DNA from: an uncultured Acidobacteriota bacterium
GTDB taxonomy: Bacteria; Acidobacteriota; Thermoanaerobaculia; Multivoradales; UBA5704
Assembly: GCA_963770895.1 (NCBI GenBank)
Contig: CAVYRF010000002.1
Coordinates: forward strand, 2,016,001-2,080,000
Length of the DNA stretch: 64,000 nt
Direction of reading: 5' to 3'
Shown: positions 40,301 to 52,979 of the stretch, in pieces
Position numbering within the stretch: the first letter of the stretch is position 1
Layout: each line of letters starts with the position of its first letter
Program-made: the position numbers and the translations under genes
The notes under the pieces: model-generated
Databases searched by the model: none
Told to the model about the DNA's origin: nothing
The model's input: the letters and a program-made list of their open reading frames with translations, nothing else

Positions 40301-40567
40301 GGCGCTGAGCACGAAGAGGAACGGGCCGAGCTGAGCCTGGGGTTTCTGCCGGCGCCGCTGTTCTTCGAGCGCCATCGGTTGTGGGACGGCCTGCTCCTGC
40401 GGCCGCAGACGATCACCCTGGCTGGTCTTGAATACCGCGCCGACCTGGCGCCGCTCCCGCTGGGGCGGCTGCCGGCGCTGGAGCTGCGCCTGGGGGTGGC
40501 GCGGGTGTTCTCCGATCCGCTGGAGGACGGCTTGCGCTGGTGGCTGCTTACCGTGGTAAGGCCTTGA
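37334..40567 (+). CDS. Secreted multidomain protein: HExxH metallopeptidase-like + PD40/TolB propeller + probable C-terminal beta-barrel
   Basis: Signal peptide ending [22 protein letters not shown]...[17 protein letters not shown] repeats, beta-strand-rich C terminus. Confidence 0.7.
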   Translation: MAFLRTTARFWLRLLLSLLVGTALPRGAWAQGPDASWRTLTTPHFRLHYPEPYAAWAQRAAVWLEAVRERDIAEVGFAPADVVDVVISNPLAEANGEAVPLRGWPRMVLWTSPPPADSETGHYRDWIEDLVVHEEAHLVHLLRPSRNPLLAKLLPVSSIALAPRWVVEGYATLIEGRLTGSGRPNGDMRAAILRRWAQAGLLPPYSRLAADAHSWRGMSMAYLLGSAYLEWLEQRGGTGSLRKLWARLTARTVRSFDDAFVGVWGEAPDSLYNRFRAELTWRAMEAERRVQAVGPLAVREGPLWQALTWTTGAPAVSPDGSQVALVRRYRDRPGELVVWSTAPNAAAERRWQAEQDRQVAHDPQDVPAVRIRPLPRQPLYTWAPAAGGEPDQPRFLPGGRSLLVTRFLPDREGFLHPDLFQWWPQAGSERRITRQADLHDADPAPDGTWAVAVRDRYGLSQLVAVDLASGAVHPLTEPSVELVYDRPRLAPDARRVAFGLHTGAGWQLGLLNLNPDHTPAGRTDLPPPPGASVSAPAWSPDGTTLYAVVGKNGFLDLYAFATPPLAGSAVAAGAAGVAAPGAAAITAGAPAANPTPPPRALTRTQGAALAPAPTPDGKALFYLSLEPDGLSLHRLDLVPARPALPEVDLPASLAPAVRPAPPNPVPPMVPSAAPAGPAMPPPGAASGLSVASPPAAAADKPYGAGRQELLPLLAGGVGNAGEALVVGVRSGDLIGRLDVLALGAVGSPGAARGGTLAGAWRGWPVATGLQVFDVVDAPSRQAGPVAAPAALDLERRGIAATGEWERAGAGDRLQLRGSLLWQRLLPSDLGMAAAVAGVDLARARAIASATPPPGASDEEAVATTADYRLSRRFGLWRLSADLGGRFDGGHTGGDAGTQWAGGRDGSGSWTRFGGSNTESDSWTRYGSVAGLAVARDHDRLSVAWRRDGSRQVAHAFDLYQLGGPDSGLLPAAAQDARIVSPALPAGTLVGAEHEEERAELSLGFLPAPLFFERHRLWDGLLLRPQTITLAGLEYRADLAPLPLGRLPALELRLGVARVFSDPLEDGLRWWLLTVVRP

Positions 40568-41105
40568 GCAGCTGCTCGGGATCGACCCCCTGCGCCGTCG
40601 CGGCGCTTTCCAGCAGCGCCCGGAAACGCTCCTGCGGCAGCTCGATGAACAGGCCGGTGGCGCTGGCGAAGGCGACTCCCTGGGCGTCGAGCAGGCGCGC
40701 CGCGGTCCAGATCTTGCGCCCCTCTTCCCGCTCGACCCACGCCTCCAGCAGGGCGTCGGTGCCGAGCGGCAGCATGCGCTTGAAGCTGGTGTCCAGCTGC
40801 GCCGCGACGGCGACGTGACCCGCCACCCAGGCCGCCGCCCCCATCGCCTCGTCCAGCACCGCCGCAATGCTGCCACCGTGCGCGTGGCCGGGAGGCCCCT
40901 GCGCCCCAGGCCCGAACCAGGCCCGCCCTACCAACCTCCCATCCCCATCGCGCAGGAAATACCGCACCCGCAACAGCGCCCCCCTGGCCTCCCCGCTGAC
41001 AAACGAACCCCGCCCGCCCTCCAGCCGGAAAGGATTGATCGGCCGCCACCCCGCCTCCGCAACCACCTCCGGGGCCTCCTGCAAACCATCCAGCGCGTCG
41101 CTCAT
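40548..41105 (-). CDS. PaaI/hotdog-fold thioesterase
   Basis: QGPPGHAHGGSIAAVLDEAMG, EGRKIW, ASATGLFI. Confidence 0.9.
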   Translation of the reverse strand: MSDALDGLQEAPEVVAEAGWRPINPFRLEGGRGSFVSGEARGALLRVRYFLRDGDGRLVGRAWFGPGAQGPPGHAHGGSIAAVLDEAMGAAAWVAGHVAVAAQLDTSFKRMLPLGTDALLEAWVEREEGRKIWTAARLLDAQGVAFASATGLFIELPQERFRALLESAATAQGVDPEQLLKALPR

Positions 41106-41413
41106 GCCCCCGACTATACCCAACCACCCCGGCCCCCAGCCGCCGCCCGCCCTCCTGCCCCTGCCCCAGCCCGTTCCCGCTGCCTGCTCCCGTGCTCATG
41201 TGCCCGCTCCACCTCCCCCCCTGGACCTGGAATGGTGAAAAAACGCTGGCGAAGGTCGGGGGCCAGGACAGGGTGGCTGGGAGGAGGGGGACGGGGGCGC
41301 CGGAGGGGGGCAGGGTGCATGGGGAAGAGGAAGGGGTGGGCAGGAGATCAAATCTTCCTTGGTGTGGTTTTTGCTTTCAGAATGGATGTCTCGGATTGAC
41401 GGAGGAGGTTCCC

Positions 41414-43147
41414 TTGTTGGCTGAAGTCACCATGTGCAGCGATGCCACCACCCTGGACCTGGATGCGCAGCGGCGCGAGCTGGAGCGCGCGGCGGCGACG
41501 CTGGCGGCGATCGGCGACGGCGTGATCCGCACCGACCTGATGGGCATTATCGATTACCTCAACCCGGCGGCGGAGGCGCTCACCGGCTGGAGCGCCGAAA
41601 CGGCGCTGGGCCATGCCGTGGGCGACGTGTTCTGCCTGTTCGACGAGCTGACCCGCAGGCCGCTGCCCGACCCGGTGACGCGCTGCCTGCGCGAGGGGAT
41701 CGTGGCGCGCTCGCCGGAGCACGCCATGCTGCGCAGCGCGACCGGCGCCGAATACGCGGTGCGCGATTCGGCGGCGCCGATCCAGGACGATATGGGGGTG
41801 GCGTTGGGGGTGGTGCTGGTCTTTCGCGACGTCACCGAGATGCGCGGCATGGAACGCAAGATGACCTACCTGGCCAGCCACGACACGTTGACCGGTCTGG
41901 TCAACCGCCGCGAGTTCGAGCTGCGCCTGGAGCGTGCGATCGCCAGCGCGCGCGGCGAAGCGCGCGAGCATGCGCTGCTCTATCTCGACCTGGACGAATT
42001 CAAGCTGGTCAACGATACCTGCGGCCACTTGGTGGGCGACGAGCTGCTCAAGCAGGTCGCCGGACTGCTGCGGGCGAGCGTGCGCCGCAACGACGCGCTG
42101 GCGCGCCTGGGCGGCGACGAGTTCGGGCTGCTGCTGGAGGACTGCCCGACGTTGCGCGCCCGCAAGACCGCCGAGGACATCCGCGGCGCGGTGCGCGACT
42201 ACCGGTTCACCTGCGGCTCCCAGGTGTTCGAGGTGGGGGCGAGCATCGGCCTGGTGCCGATCCGCGACGGCAGCGGCGACCTGTCGCAGGTGATGAGCGC
42301 CGCCGATGCCGCCTGCTACGTCGCCAAGGACCGCGGCCGCAACCGCGTGCACATGTACGAACCGGACGACACCGCGGTCGCCAAGCGCAACGGCGAGATG
42401 CAGTGGATCCATCGCATCCACGACGCCTTCGAGCAGCGCCGCTTCCGCCTGGTCTACCAGATGATCGAGCCGCTGCAGGACGCCTGTGCCGGCGACGGTC
42501 CGCTGTGCGAGATCCTGGTCCGCATGCTCGACCGCGACGGCCGGCTGGTGGAGCCGGCGGCGTTCGTCAGCGCCGCCGAGCGCTATCACCTGATCGATTC
42601 GCTCGACCGCTGGGTGGTGCAGACGGCGCTGGCCGCCGTCGCCGAGGCCCAACGCGATGGCACCAAGGCGGTGTTCGCGGTCAACCTGTCAGCCCAATCG
42701 CTGTCCGACGACGGCTTCCTGCCCTTCGTGCTGGCGCGCCTGGATGCCAGCGGCGTCGATGCGCGCGGCGTCTGCTTCGAGATCACGGAGACGGCGGCGA
42801 TGACCAGGCTGGACAGCGCCGTGCGCTTTCTGGCGACGCTGCGCGAGCGGGGTTGCCGCTTCGCGCTGGACGATTTTGGCAGCGGCCTGTCGTCGTTCAC
42901 CTACCTGCGCAACCTGCCGCTCGACTTTCTCAAGATCGACGGCGCCCTGGTGCAGGACATGGTGGCAGACCCGGTGAAGCGCGCCATGGTCGAGGCGATC
43001 AACCAGATCGGCCACGTCATGGGCCTGCGCACGATCGGCGAATGGGTGGAGAGCGAGGAGATCGCCGACGCCCTCAAGAGCGCCGGCGTCGATTACGGGC
43101 AGGGCTACTGGCTGTCCCGCCCGCAACCCCTGATCCACGACCGCTAA
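41414..43147 (+). CDS. PAS-GGDEF-EAL c-di-GMP enzyme
   Basis: PAS (YLNPAAEALTGW), HDTLTGLVNRR, RxxD I-site plus GGDEF, EILVR, EITE, DDFGSG, KIDG, QGY. Start may be TTG 41414/41417 after GGAGGAGG, or ATG 41432. Confidence 0.94.
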   Translation: MLAEVTMCSDATTLDLDAQRRELERAAATLAAIGDGVIRTDLMGIIDYLNPAAEALTGWSAETALGHAVGDVFCLFDELTRRPLPDPVTRCLREGIVARSPEHAMLRSATGAEYAVRDSAAPIQDDMGVALGVVLVFRDVTEMRGMERKMTYLASHDTLTGLVNRREFELRLERAIASARGEAREHALLYLDLDEFKLVNDTCGHLVGDELLKQVAGLLRASVRRNDALARLGGDEFGLLLEDCPTLRARKTAEDIRGAVRDYRFTCGSQVFEVGASIGLVPIRDGSGDLSQVMSAADAACYVAKDRGRNRVHMYEPDDTAVAKRNGEMQWIHRIHDAFEQRRFRLVYQMIEPLQDACAGDGPLCEILVRMLDRDGRLVEPAAFVSAAERYHLIDSLDRWVVQTALAAVAEAQRDGTKAVFAVNLSAQSLSDDGFLPFVLARLDASGVDARGVCFEITETAAMTRLDSAVRFLATLRERGCRFALDDFGSGLSSFTYLRNLPLDFLKIDGALVQDMVADPVKRAMVEAINQIGHVMGLRTIGEWVESEEIADALKSAGVDYGQGYWLSRPQPLIHDR

Positions 43148-43155
43148 TCCAGCTG

Positions 43156-44778
<1,623 letters not shown>

Positions 44779-45054
44779 GCCCACCTCGGAGAGTTGAAAT
44801 ACGAAAAGACCGCGCCGGACCCAAGGATTTCCCCTCCCCGTCCCGCGAGGCCGATCGAGCGCACAGCGGCAAGAGTGTATAACGGGACAGCTGCGTGACA
44901 AGAGTGGGACGATGTTGCGGCGGCAACCCTCGCGCCCGCCAGTCGCCGGCGGGCATTACAATTCGCCGTCCTTCGTCGTCCCCCTCCCCGGCCGCCGGCG
45001 CCGGCATGGGGACGTGTGTGCCTTGGCCCTGATCGGAGAAGAGGAGAAGCCGCT

Positions 45055-46686
45055 TTGAACATCGACAACAAAAAGATCCTGGTGCTGGGTGGGTACGGCC
45101 TGGTCGGCACCGCTGTCTGCCGGGAGCTGCTGGCCCGCCGGCCGCGCGAACTGCAGATCCACAGCCTGCGTCTCGAGGAATCGGAGCGGGCGCGGGCGGA
45201 GCTGGCCGGCGAGGCGCAGTCGACCGTCCTGTCGGTGTCGGCGGGGGACGTCTTCGGCCAGATCGAACGCGGTACGCAGCGCGACCAGATCCGCGCCCAG
45301 CTGCTGCCGCTCGACGACGCCGACCTGCCGAAGTTCCGCCTCTACCAGCTGCTGGTCGAGTCGCGTCCCGACGCGGTGATCGACTGCGTGAACACCGCCA
45401 CCGGCATCGCCTATCGCGACCTGTTCAGCGCCGCGGGCGACCTGCTGGCGCAGCTCGACGCCGCCGGCAGCCCCGACACCGCGGCGGCGGAGGGCCTGCT
45501 GGAGGCGCTCTACATGCCGCGTCTCATCCGCCACGTCCAGATCATGTACCGCGGTCTGACCGACGCCGGCGTCCGCGTCTACGTCAAGGTCGGCACCAGC
45601 GGCACCGGCGGCATGGGGCTGAACGTTCCCTACACCCATTCCGAAGAGCGTCCCAGCCGCATGCTGCTGGCCAAGAGCGCCATCGCCGGCGCCCAGTCGA
45701 TGCTGCTCTTCCTGATGGGCCGCACCCCCGGCGCGCCGATCACCAAGGAGATCAAGCCGGCCGCCGCCATCGCCTGGAAGCGCATCGGCTACGGGCCGAT
45801 CCACCGCCGCGGCGCACCCCTGCAGCTGGTCGAGGCGCTTCCCTTGCCGATGCCGGCACGCTTTTCGAGCCGCGACCCGCAGGCCGCGCGCGTCCGCCCC
45901 GAAACCTACGACAACGTGTTCATGGACACCGGCGAAAACGGCGTCTTCAGCCTCGAAGAGTTCGTCACCGTCACCGCCGCCGAGCAGATGGAGTTCGTCA
46001 CCCCCGAGGAGATCGCCAGCTACCTGGTGTTCGAGATCGAGGGCGGCAACACCGGCCACGACATCGTCGGCGCCCTGGACGGCGCCGTGCTGGGGCCGAC
46101 CTACCGCGCGGGCCTGCTGCGCCACGGCGCCATCGAGCAGATGCGGGAGCTGGAGCGCCGTTACGGCGTCCACAGCGTCGCCTTCGAGATGCTGGGGCCG
46201 CCGCGCAATTCGAAGCTGCTCTTCGAGGCGCACCTGCTGCGCCTGGCCTTCAGCACCATGCAGGAGGTGCGTCAGGCCACCCCGGAGGCGGTGCGCGACG
46301 CGCTCGATCACCTGGTGCGCGCCACCCCCGAGGTCGCCAACCGCGTGGTGTCGATCGGCCTGCCGATCCTGCTCGATTCGGGCGAGGTGGTGCGCGGCGT
46401 CGAGGTGCTGATCCCCGCCGGCGCCGACGACGAGCCGGTCACGCCGGAGAAGCTGGAGCAGTGGGTGCGCGACGGATGGGTGGACCTGCGCCTGGCCAAC
46501 TGCGCACGCTGGATCGCGCGCTTTCAGGCCATCCACGCCGAAGTCGAGGCGGTGCCGGTGGAGGACACCTCCAGCCGGCGGGTGCGCGACCGCCGCTTCT
46601 GGCGCGAGGACACCGGCATCCTCCCCGGCCAGGTGCTCAGCTGGCTGCTCACCAGCGAAGAGCAGGGTAGCCGGATGAAGCGCTAG
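45055..46686 (+). CDS. Uncharacterised Rossmann-fold (SDR-like) protein
   Basis: ILVLGGYGLVG dinucleotide-binding motif, DCVNTAT, GTSGTGGMG; typical codon usage; TTG start after GAGGAG. Confidence 0.8.
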   Translation: MNIDNKKILVLGGYGLVGTAVCRELLARRPRELQIHSLRLEESERARAELAGEAQSTVLSVSAGDVFGQIERGTQRDQIRAQLLPLDDADLPKFRLYQLLVESRPDAVIDCVNTATGIAYRDLFSAAGDLLAQLDAAGSPDTAAAEGLLEALYMPRLIRHVQIMYRGLTDAGVRVYVKVGTSGTGGMGLNVPYTHSEERPSRMLLAKSAIAGAQSMLLFLMGRTPGAPITKEIKPAAAIAWKRIGYGPIHRRGAPLQLVEALPLPMPARFSSRDPQAARVRPETYDNVFMDTGENGVFSLEEFVTVTAAEQMEFVTPEEIASYLVFEIEGGNTGHDIVGALDGAVLGPTYRAGLLRHGAIEQMRELERRYGVHSVAFEMLGPPRNSKLLFEAHLLRLAFSTMQEVRQATPEAVRDALDHLVRATPEVANRVVSIGLPILLDSGEVVRGVEVLIPAGADDEPVTPEKLEQWVRDGWVDLRLANCARWIARFQAIHAEVEAVPVEDTSSRRVRDRRFWREDTGILPGQVLSWLLTSEEQGSRMKR

Positions 46687-46711
46687 CCGGCCGCCGCCGC
46701 TGCCATACGTG

Positions 46712-46752
46712 CCGGCGCCCCTGCACGGCCGGTAGCCGCACAGGGGCGCCGG
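46712..46752. terminator. GC-rich inverted repeat between convergent genes
   Basis: Perfect 12-bp stem CCGGCGCCCCTG / CAGGGGCGCCGG with an inner CGGC/GCCG stem; no U tract. Confidence 0.55.
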
Positions 46753-46773
46753 AGCCCGCCGCCGCGCCGCCGA

Positions 46774-49700
46774 TCAGTCGCTCTGCCGCGGGATGGGCGG
46801 CACCTGCACCGCGACCGGCGGATGCTTTTGCAGCTGGTCGAGCAGGTAGGCCACCGCCCGTTCGAGGCTCGGGTCGTGCCCCTTGGAGATCTCGTCTGGA
46901 CGATCGACGACTTCGATGTCGGGCAGCACGCCGACGTTTTCGATCCCCCAGTGGCCCTCGGTGTCGAGGAAGCGGAACTGCGGCGTCGACAGGTTGCCGC
47001 CGTCGACCAGGCTGGGGTTGCCCGTCAGGCCGATGAGGCCGCCCCAGGTCTTGGTGCCGATCAGCGGACCCAGCCCGAGCTTGCGGAAGTAATAGGGGAA
47101 GGCGTCGCCGCCCGAGCCGGCGGTGCCGTTGATGAGGCACGCCTTGGGGCCGGTGTTGACGAAGCCCGGCGTGGTGACGGGCGCGATGCCGCGCCGCACC
47201 CAGTAGTTGAGCAGCGGCCGGCTGAGCAGCGCCACCATGTGCTCGGGGATGAAGCCGCCGCCGTTGTAGCGGTCGTCGACGATCAGCGCCTGCTTGCTGG
47301 CCTGCGGGTAGAAGTACTTGAACAGCTCGCGGTTGCCGGCGATCGCGGTGTCGGGCATGTGGATGTAGCCGATCCGCCCGCCCGAGGCCTTGTCGACCCA
47401 CTCCCGGTTGGCCTTGACCCAGGCGATGTAGCGCAGCATCTGCTCGCTTTTGACCGGCCGCACCTTTTCGTCGTGCGCGCCGGCGCCGCCGGGGTCGGGA
47501 CCGACGCGCAGCGACACCACGCGGTCCGCCTTGTTCAGCAGCAGGCGATAGAAGTTGTCGACACCCCGCGTCGGCTGGCCGTCGACCGCCAGGATGTAGT
47601 CGCCCTGGCTGACGTGCACGCCCGGCTCGGTCAAGGGCGACCGCGTGTTGTCGTGCCAGTTCTCGCCGGGGAAGATCCTGGTGATGCGGAAGACGCCGGA
47701 ATCCGCCTCGATCTCGGCGCCGAGCAGGCCGCTCTCCACCCGCGGCACCGCGGTTTGGTCGCCGCTGGTGACGTACACGTGCCCGGCCGAGATCTCCGCG
47801 CCCAGCTCTTCGAGCAGGAAGTCCAGGTCGCTGCGGCAGGCGACGTACGGCAGCAGGGCGCCGTAGCGGTCGCGCATCGCCGGCCAGTCGAGCCCGTGCA
47901 TGGCCGGGTCGTAGAACCAGTCGCGCATGATGCGCCAGGCGTCGGTGTACATCTGCCGCCATTCCTCGCGCGGATGCACTTCGACCTGCAGGCGGTCCAG
48001 CTTGAGGCGGCCGTCGGCGGCCTTCTGGCCGGGCTTGGCGTCGACGATGGCCCAGCTGTCGCCGTGCTTGACCAGCAGCTTCTTGCCGTCGGCGGAGAGC
48101 TTGTAGTCGGCGACGCCCTCCATCACCTGGCTCTCTTTTTGATCCTTGAGGTCGTACATCTTGAGCTGCGCCGCGGGCGGCGTGCCCGCCAGGTAGAAGA
48201 CCGCCTGGGCGCTGGCCTGCAGGTTGGAGTAGATGCCGGCCGCGGCGGGCAGCGTCCGCACCCGGTCCTCGAAGCCGGCGACGTCGATCCGCACCTGCGC
48301 CGGGGTGTGGGGGGCGGAGGGCGCAGCAGCCGCGGCACCTTCGGCCGGCTTGGCGGCGGGCGTGCTGTCGCCCGTCGCGGGCTCGTCGTCGCTGCTCGGC
48401 ACGAACAGCGCCGGGCCGTCCTTGGCCAGCAGGGCGACGTAGATGCGCGTGGGGTCGGTGTACAGGTAGGAGGTTTCGTAGCCGCTGAAGGTGAGGTTGT
48501 AGTCGCGGTTGGACAGGAAATAGAGGTAGCGGCCGTCCGGGTCGAACACCGGCTCCGCTTCGCCGGCCAGGTCGCCGGACAGTTGGGCTACCTTGCCGCT
48601 GTCGAGCGAATACAGCCAGATCGTTGAAAGGTTGGCGCCGGACAGCTTGGAGAACACGATGTACCGGCCGTCGGGCGACCACGAGTAGTTGGTGATCTCG
48701 CTGTAGCCGGCATGGTCGACGTCGGTCACCTTGCCGGTCGCGACGTCGATCCAGCGCAGCCGCTGTCTGCGGTCGGCAAAGGCGAGCTTGCGGCTGTCGC
48801 GCGACCACACCGGCGGGAAGCGCCAGATGTCGCCGCCGGTCGACACCTGCCGCTCGGGCGCCGCGCCGGTGGCGTCGCGCACGTAGAATTCGTATTCGCC
48901 GCTCTTGTCGCTCAGGTAGGCGACCGACTTGCCGTCCGGCGACCAGACGGCGTTCATGGCGCGCACGCCGGGCGCGCCGGCCAGCTCGACGATTTCGCCC
49001 TTTTCGGCCGGCACGGTCAGGACGTGGCCGCGCGCGGTGAAGAGCGCCCGCTTGCCGGTCGGCGAGATGCCGTTGGCTTCGATCTCGGTGCTGACGTTCT
49101 TGACGTAGGGGATCGTCTCCGGCAGGTCGCTGCCGACGCGGATCGGCACCCGCGCGCTCTTGCCGCTGGCGTCGTCGAACAGGTACAGGTAGCCGCCGTT
49201 TTCGTACACGATCTTGCCGCTGCCGGCGCTCGGCCACAGCACGTCATAGGTGTCGTGGTTGGTCAGCTTGCGGACCTGCTTCGAGCCCAGGTCGTAGACG
49301 TACAGGTTGAGGGTGTGCTCGCGGTCGGAGGTGAAATAGATCTTGTCGCCGACCCACATCGGCTGGTTGTCGGTCGATGGGTCCTTGATGATGCGCTCCG
49401 CGGTGTTCGCCCGGAGGTCGTAGATCCAGATGTCCTGGATGCGCCCGCCGCGGTGGCGCTTCCAGCCGCGGAACTCCGATTGCAGCGGCGTATAGACGAA
49501 CTTCGTGCCGTCGGGCGAAAAGGTGCCGTTGCCGGTTTCGGGGATGGGCAGCGCCCGCTCCATGCCGCCGGTGGCCGCCACCAGGAAGGGGCGGCCGTTG
49601 CGGTCGCTCCAGGCGACGCGGTTGGAGCGGAAGACGACGTCCTTGCCGTCCGGGGTCCAGCCCAGGACCTGGTTGTCGAAGCCGCCGCGCAGCGGCAGCG

Positions 49701-50067
49701 TGCCGATGTCGTTATGGAACGTCAGCTGGCGCGGCGTGCCGCCGTCGACGCTGATGACGTAGACCTGGCGGTTGCCGCCGTATTCGCCGGTGAAGGCGAT
49801 GGACCGGCCGTCGGGCGAAAACTTGGGAAAGAGCTCGAGCCCCGGCCCCGAGGTCAGGCGCCGCGCGTCGCCGCCGCCGGCGTCGACCAGCCAGATGTCG
49901 CCGGCGTAGACGAAGGCGATCCGGTTGCCGTGAATGTCGGGAAAGCGCAGCAGGCGCGCCTCGCCGGGCGGCGCCGGCTGCTGCGCGTGGGCGGCGAGCG
50001 GCGGCAGCAGCAGGAGGAGGGCGACGAGGGCAGCCAGGGCTCTGACGGCTCTGACGGTGTGGGGCAA
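46774..50067 (-). CDS. Tricorn protease homologue (S41, exported)
   Basis: Signal peptide, LLRFPDI, propeller SPDG repeats, GHVY, PDZ, GYIHMPD, DDRYNGGG, catalytic GSGGD, KTWGG; TTG start after AAAGGAG. Confidence 0.93.
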   Translation of the reverse strand: MPHTVRAVRALAALVALLLLLPPLAAHAQQPAPPGEARLLRFPDIHGNRIAFVYAGDIWLVDAGGGDARRLTSGPGLELFPKFSPDGRSIAFTGEYGGNRQVYVISVDGGTPRQLTFHNDIGTLPLRGGFDNQVLGWTPDGKDVVFRSNRVAWSDRNGRPFLVAATGGMERALPIPETGNGTFSPDGTKFVYTPLQSEFRGWKRHRGGRIQDIWIYDLRANTAERIIKDPSTDNQPMWVGDKIYFTSDREHTLNLYVYDLGSKQVRKLTNHDTYDVLWPSAGSGKIVYENGGYLYLFDDASGKSARVPIRVGSDLPETIPYVKNVSTEIEANGISPTGKRALFTARGHVLTVPAEKGEIVELAGAPGVRAMNAVWSPDGKSVAYLSDKSGEYEFYVRDATGAAPERQVSTGGDIWRFPPVWSRDSRKLAFADRRQRLRWIDVATGKVTDVDHAGYSEITNYSWSPDGRYIVFSKLSGANLSTIWLYSLDSGKVAQLSGDLAGEAEPVFDPDGRYLYFLSNRDYNLTFSGYETSYLYTDPTRIYVALLAKDGPALFVPSSDDEPATGDSTPAAKPAEGAAAAAPSAPHTPAQVRIDVAGFEDRVRTLPAAAGIYSNLQASAQAVFYLAGTPPAAQLKMYDLKDQKESQVMEGVADYKLSADGKKLLVKHGDSWAIVDAKPGQKAADGRLKLDRLQVEVHPREEWRQMYTDAWRIMRDWFYDPAMHGLDWPAMRDRYGALLPYVACRSDLDFLLEELGAEISAGHVYVTSGDQTAVPRVESGLLGAEIEADSGVFRITRIFPGENWHDNTRSPLTEPGVHVSQGDYILAVDGQPTRGVDNFYRLLLNKADRVVSLRVGPDPGGAGAHDEKVRPVKSEQMLRYIAWVKANREWVDKASGGRIGYIHMPDTAIAGNRELFKYFYPQASKQALIVDDRYNGGGFIPEHMVALLSRPLLNYWVRRGIAPVTTPGFVNTGPKACLINGTAGSGGDAFPYYFRKLGLGPLIGTKTWGGLIGLTGNPSLVDGGNLSTPQFRFLDTEGHWGIENVGVLPDIEVVDRPDEISKGHDPSLERAVAYLLDQLQKHPPVAVQVPPIPRQSD

Positions 50068-50171
50068 GGTGAGGCTCCTTTCTGGGTCGGTTGCGGCGGC
50101 GCAGGCCACTTGGTACGTGCGCTGGGGTCTGATGTTTGGCACTGGCGGACGAGGGCGGGAGAGCGGCCGGT

Positions 50172-51362
50172 TCAGCGGGCGCCTGACACCGGGCTGAGCG
50201 GCTGGGCAAGGTGGATGCCCTGGGCGGCGAACGACCGCAGCAGCGCCAGCAGCAGCGCCTGCTGGGCGTCCATGTAGACCTTGTAGTCGGGGTCGCTGAT
50301 GGAATAGACCGCTTCGAAGTCGAACGTGCCCTGGCCGAGGGCCTTCAGGTGGGCGCGGTCGAAGCGCAGCGCCGCCTGTGCCGCGATGGCGTCGCGCACC
50401 AGCGCCGGCACCTTTTCCAGCTGGTCGGGGGTGGTCCCGCCGTCGAGCCCGAAGGCCAGCACCAGCTGCCTGCCCTGCTGGCGCGCCAGGTTGCGGATGC
50501 GGCTCTTGAGCAGGTCGCCGTTGGCGAAGATCAGCTGCTCGCCGGTCGGGCTGCGCAGGCGGGTGGTCTTCAGGCCGACGTCTTCGACCTTGCCGACCAG
50601 CGCGTCGACCTGGATGGTGTCGCCCAGCACGAACGGCTTGTCGATGGCGATCGACAGCGAGGCCAGGATGTCGCCCAGGATGTTTTGCAGCGCCAGCGCG
50701 ACGGCGATGCCGCCCACCCCCAGGCCGGTCACCAGGGCCGACACGTTGACCCCCATGTTTTCCAGCGCGATGACGCCGACCAGCACCCACAGCAGGAGGC
50801 GGAGAAAGAAGCTGATCGAGCCCAGCAGCGTCGCCCCCGCGGCGTCCACCTGCAGCCGGCGGCGGCGTTCGCGCAGCACCCAGACGTCGATCGCCGCCGT
50901 CGTCCACAGCGCCGCCTGCAGCAGCGAGGCGAGGATGGCGAGCGAGCGCAGCACGCCGCGGGCGCCGGGCGACAGTTCCAGGACGAGCGTCCCCAGGTAG
51001 ACCGCCGGGACCATCAGCAGGCCCCAGCGCGTCTGCCGCAGCAGTGACAGCGACAGCTCGTGGATCTGCTCGTTGCGCGACCCGATCTCGATCATGCGGC
51101 GCAGCCGGCGCCGCAGCACCCACGCCGTCGCCGCGGCCAGCAGCAGCAGCAGCACGGTGACCCCGAGCGCTTCCAGCCAATCGCCGGTGCGGTTGCCCAG
51201 CCAGTGCGCCGACAGCGCACGCTCCCAGCTGCCGGCGCCGGACAGGTGCGGGTGCGGCACGCCGCCCGGCGGCGGCGTCGCCTTTGCCGCGTAAGCGGCG
51301 GACACCGCGGCCGTGGCTGGGAGCGCCGGGGCTGGGGTTGGGGTCGGGGTTGGCAGATGCAT
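50172..51362 (-). CDS. Mechanosensitive channel MscS family
   Basis: [43 protein letters not shown]; start uncertain. Confidence 0.92.
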   Translation of the reverse strand: MHLPTPTPTPAPALPATAAVSAAYAAKATPPPGGVPHPHLSGAGSWERALSAHWLGNRTGDWLEALGVTVLLLLLAAATAWVLRRRLRRMIEIGSRNEQIHELSLSLLRQTRWGLLMVPAVYLGTLVLELSPGARGVLRSLAILASLLQAALWTTAAIDVWVLRERRRRLQVDAAGATLLGSISFFLRLLLWVLVGVIALENMGVNVSALVTGLGVGGIAVALALQNILGDILASLSIAIDKPFVLGDTIQVDALVGKVEDVGLKTTRLRSPTGEQLIFANGDLLKSRIRNLARQQGRQLVLAFGLDGGTTPDQLEKVPALVRDAIAAQAALRFDRAHLKALGQGTFDFEAVYSISDPDYKVYMDAQQALLLALLRSFAAQGIHLAQPLSPVSGAR

Positions 51363-51489
51363 CCGGGGGTTGCAGGCTGGGCGCAAGAATGCTATCACTG
51401 CACCGTTTGTCCAGATCGCAGGCGCCGTGCGCAATTTGTCGCCTGTCGACCACCGCCGATCAACGTTCCGACCGCCAGCAAAGAGCCCA

Positions 51490-52905
<1,416 letters not shown>

Positions 52906-52979
52906 CTTCCCCCCACCCTGGAGGCGGCGCTGGCGTCCGCCGGGCTGCCGGCGCGGTGCCCGCCGAGCTGCCGGCGCCG

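Noticed and set aside
35142-41105. Acs or PaaI as the NRPS acyl loader or release enzyme
   Set aside because: About 20 kb or more from the NRPS among core genes; Acs has canonical acetate-CoA ligase motifs and nothing links either gene to the cluster.
50068-51453. Apparent 1559-aa tricorn fusion with a 462-aa N-terminal extension
   Set aside because: The extension is an alternative frame over the MscS gene; an SD, TTG and signal peptide mark the start at 50067.
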